Below, piece after piece: positions 61,956 through 64,000 of a stretch of 64,000 nucleotides of DNA (its first letter is position 1; each line of letters begins with the position of its first letter). The stretch is from the human T2T-CHM13v2.0 reference genome, Homo sapiens, in NCBI RefSeq assembly GCF_009914755.1, contig NC_060946.1, one strand, 5' to 3'. A program made the position numbers and the translations under genes. Under the pieces are notes generated by a model. It was not told the DNA's origin and did not search any database. It was given only the letters and a program-made list of their open reading frames with translations.

Positions 61956-64000
61956 TCACCTCCCACTTCTGATGGTGGGCAGCAACGCTTTTGTTTCCCA
62001 GGGGGCACTGAGGCCCAGGAAGGGAAAGGCACTTGTTCAGGGACACACACAGTGAGTGCTCAAGGGGTGCGGGCTAAGACTTGGGGTCTCAGGACTCCCA
62101 TGCCTGAAGCCTCCTGCGGTCAGCAGCCCAAGGGGCAGGGCTGTGGCTGCTGGGAAAGGGAAGTATAGGGAGGTTAGTGGCAGGGGAGGGTCTCAGAAAA
62201 CCCCTCGTCCAGCCCAGGGCCAACACACTCAGCCCCACTCATCACCCTGATGACTAACCCAGGCCTGCCTCTCTGCCTTTGCCTCTGCTCAGCCCATCCT
62301 CCCTATCCACTCCTGACATTCCCTCCTCCCCCTGCCAAGACCTGGGCAGCTTCCCCTCCCCTGAGCCCCACCTGCAGAATGCACCATGCATTCAACCATT
62401 CATTCTTCTGTTGCTCCCCAAGGCCCTGAGTCAGCCTTAACCCCACCTTCAGAGGCCAGGACAGGGGAGGGTGTTTAGGATAGAGAGGTGTGGCCTCCAA
62501 GGAGGAAGCAGCTACCTCTGTAGGGTGGCGGTAGGGGAGTCTCCCCAAAGGAAGGTCCTAGGGCAGAGCATGGCATCTGCACTTACCAGGGTGGAGGTGT
62601 AAATGGCTGCTGGAAGCCAGAGGCAAGGCTGGGAGGAGGTGGATGTGGGGGTTCAGAAATGCGGAAGTTTATCTTGCGGGCACTAGGGAGCCGTTGGAGG
62701 TGTGTGAGCAGGAGAGAGGTCGGCTCAGATCTTCACTATGGGGCTGTCAGGACAAGGCGAGGATGGAGTCATTCATAGGTTCAACAAGTGTTTGCTGAGC
62801 ACTTACTCTGTGCCACGCCCCAGGGAGACAGAGGAGAGCCAGACAGACAAGGCGTGCACCTTGGGGAGACAGACGTGACCACACAACCACCACCACAGGG
62901 TGAGGGGGCTATGGTGGGGGCTGGACTGGGTAAGGCACGTGGCCTGGTCCCTCCAAAGAGGAATCCACCTGCAAGGTGAGGACAGGAGGGGACACTGTTC
63001 CCAGCCAAGGAGGTGGCATGCACACAGGCCCAGAGGTGGAGAAAGCAGGGCTTCCTAAGTCAAAGTGATTCGACAGGCGGAGGTGTCTGCAAGAGCCATG
63101 CCAAAGGTGACAGAGCTCCCTGGCGTAGCTCCAGGGCAATGGAAACCTTTGGGAGGGGTCTGGGAGCAGCAAGGGAGGGAAGGTGGGAAGCAATGTTTGC
63201 AGGCTGGGGAGACCTGGCTGCGTCCCTTGGCTCCCTGAAGTCTGTCGTGGGGAACAGGGGACTCCCTTTCTCACTGCCAGCGGGCAAAACCCGAGCAGAT
63301 GGGCAGCCATTCCCCTGGTAGATTTCAGTTCTCCGAGGAGGAGCACTCCAGTGCACAGCCGCTTGGCTGGACGGCCACGGGGGCTGGTGTGAGCAAGACT
63401 CAGGGCCGGCAGGCCTGGATTCCGGGCCCAGGGCTCGCAAGTACAGCTGGACGACTTCAGGCAGGTCCCTCAACCTAAGCCCCCAGAGGAAAGGCCTCTT
63501 GGAGGAGCTGGGAGAGAACCCCCTGATGGGTCTGCATGGCACAGACCCACCTCTTAGCCCAGAGCAAGAGCCGGCAAAGGAGGGACAGCTAACGGGACAG
63601 GAGGCAAAGGGGCCAGTCTGGGAGAGCTGAGGGGCCCCTCACTGGGCAGGTGCCTTGATGCTGCCTTAAGGGCACTATCGGGTGTTGAGTCCCCTTCTCC
63701 AGATGGGGAAACTGAGACCGGGGCTCCCACAACAGTCAGGACTGACACTAGATGGCACTCAGGCTGGTGGTGGCTGCAGCTGGGGGTCTCTAGGACAAAA
63801 GAGACGGTCTCTGTGGGGACCCATAGAGTGGGCAGCCTTCTCTCTCAATTCCAGCCATGGACAGCAAAGGGCGGGGGCTGAGCGTACAGAGGCAGCCTTG
63901 GTGGGGGAGGTGAGAGGCATGTTCCTCTACCCTCAAAGAGCTCCCACCCCACCCACTGGCCTCCAAGCCATGCAGGGAGGCCACTAGCCATGCCCCTTTC

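Overview
Human (primate) genomic DNA with no protein-coding exon. Bases 1-30900 are AT-richer and densely packed with Alu, L1, L2 and DNA-transposon remnants, consistent with a long first intron. A CpG island at ~30900-32900 holds a minus-strand non-coding first exon (donor at 31835/31834) with a strong-Kozak uORF, overlapped by a plus-strand two-exon lncRNA (donor 31521, acceptor 35390, ATTAAA at 36334). A second CpG island at ~44600-45720 holds another minus-strand 5' exon (donor 45323/45322). From memory this layout matches TCF20 (two promoters ~13 kb apart) and antisense OGFRP1 on chr22q13.2; that identification needs BLAT confirmation. The most striking structure is a nested Ricksha-type (MULE/MuDR) DNA transposon at 10103-13846. 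It has a degenerate 9-bp TSD, captured ERVL/MLT2 LTR cargo, a still-readable FLYWCH zinc-finger remnant behind a strong splice acceptor, and six later insertions. The GC-rich right half contains MIR/L2 remnants, enhancer-like motif clusters and a candidate third 5' exon near 61255-61560. Repeat subfamily names and the boundaries of old repeats were assigned by eye and are approximate.
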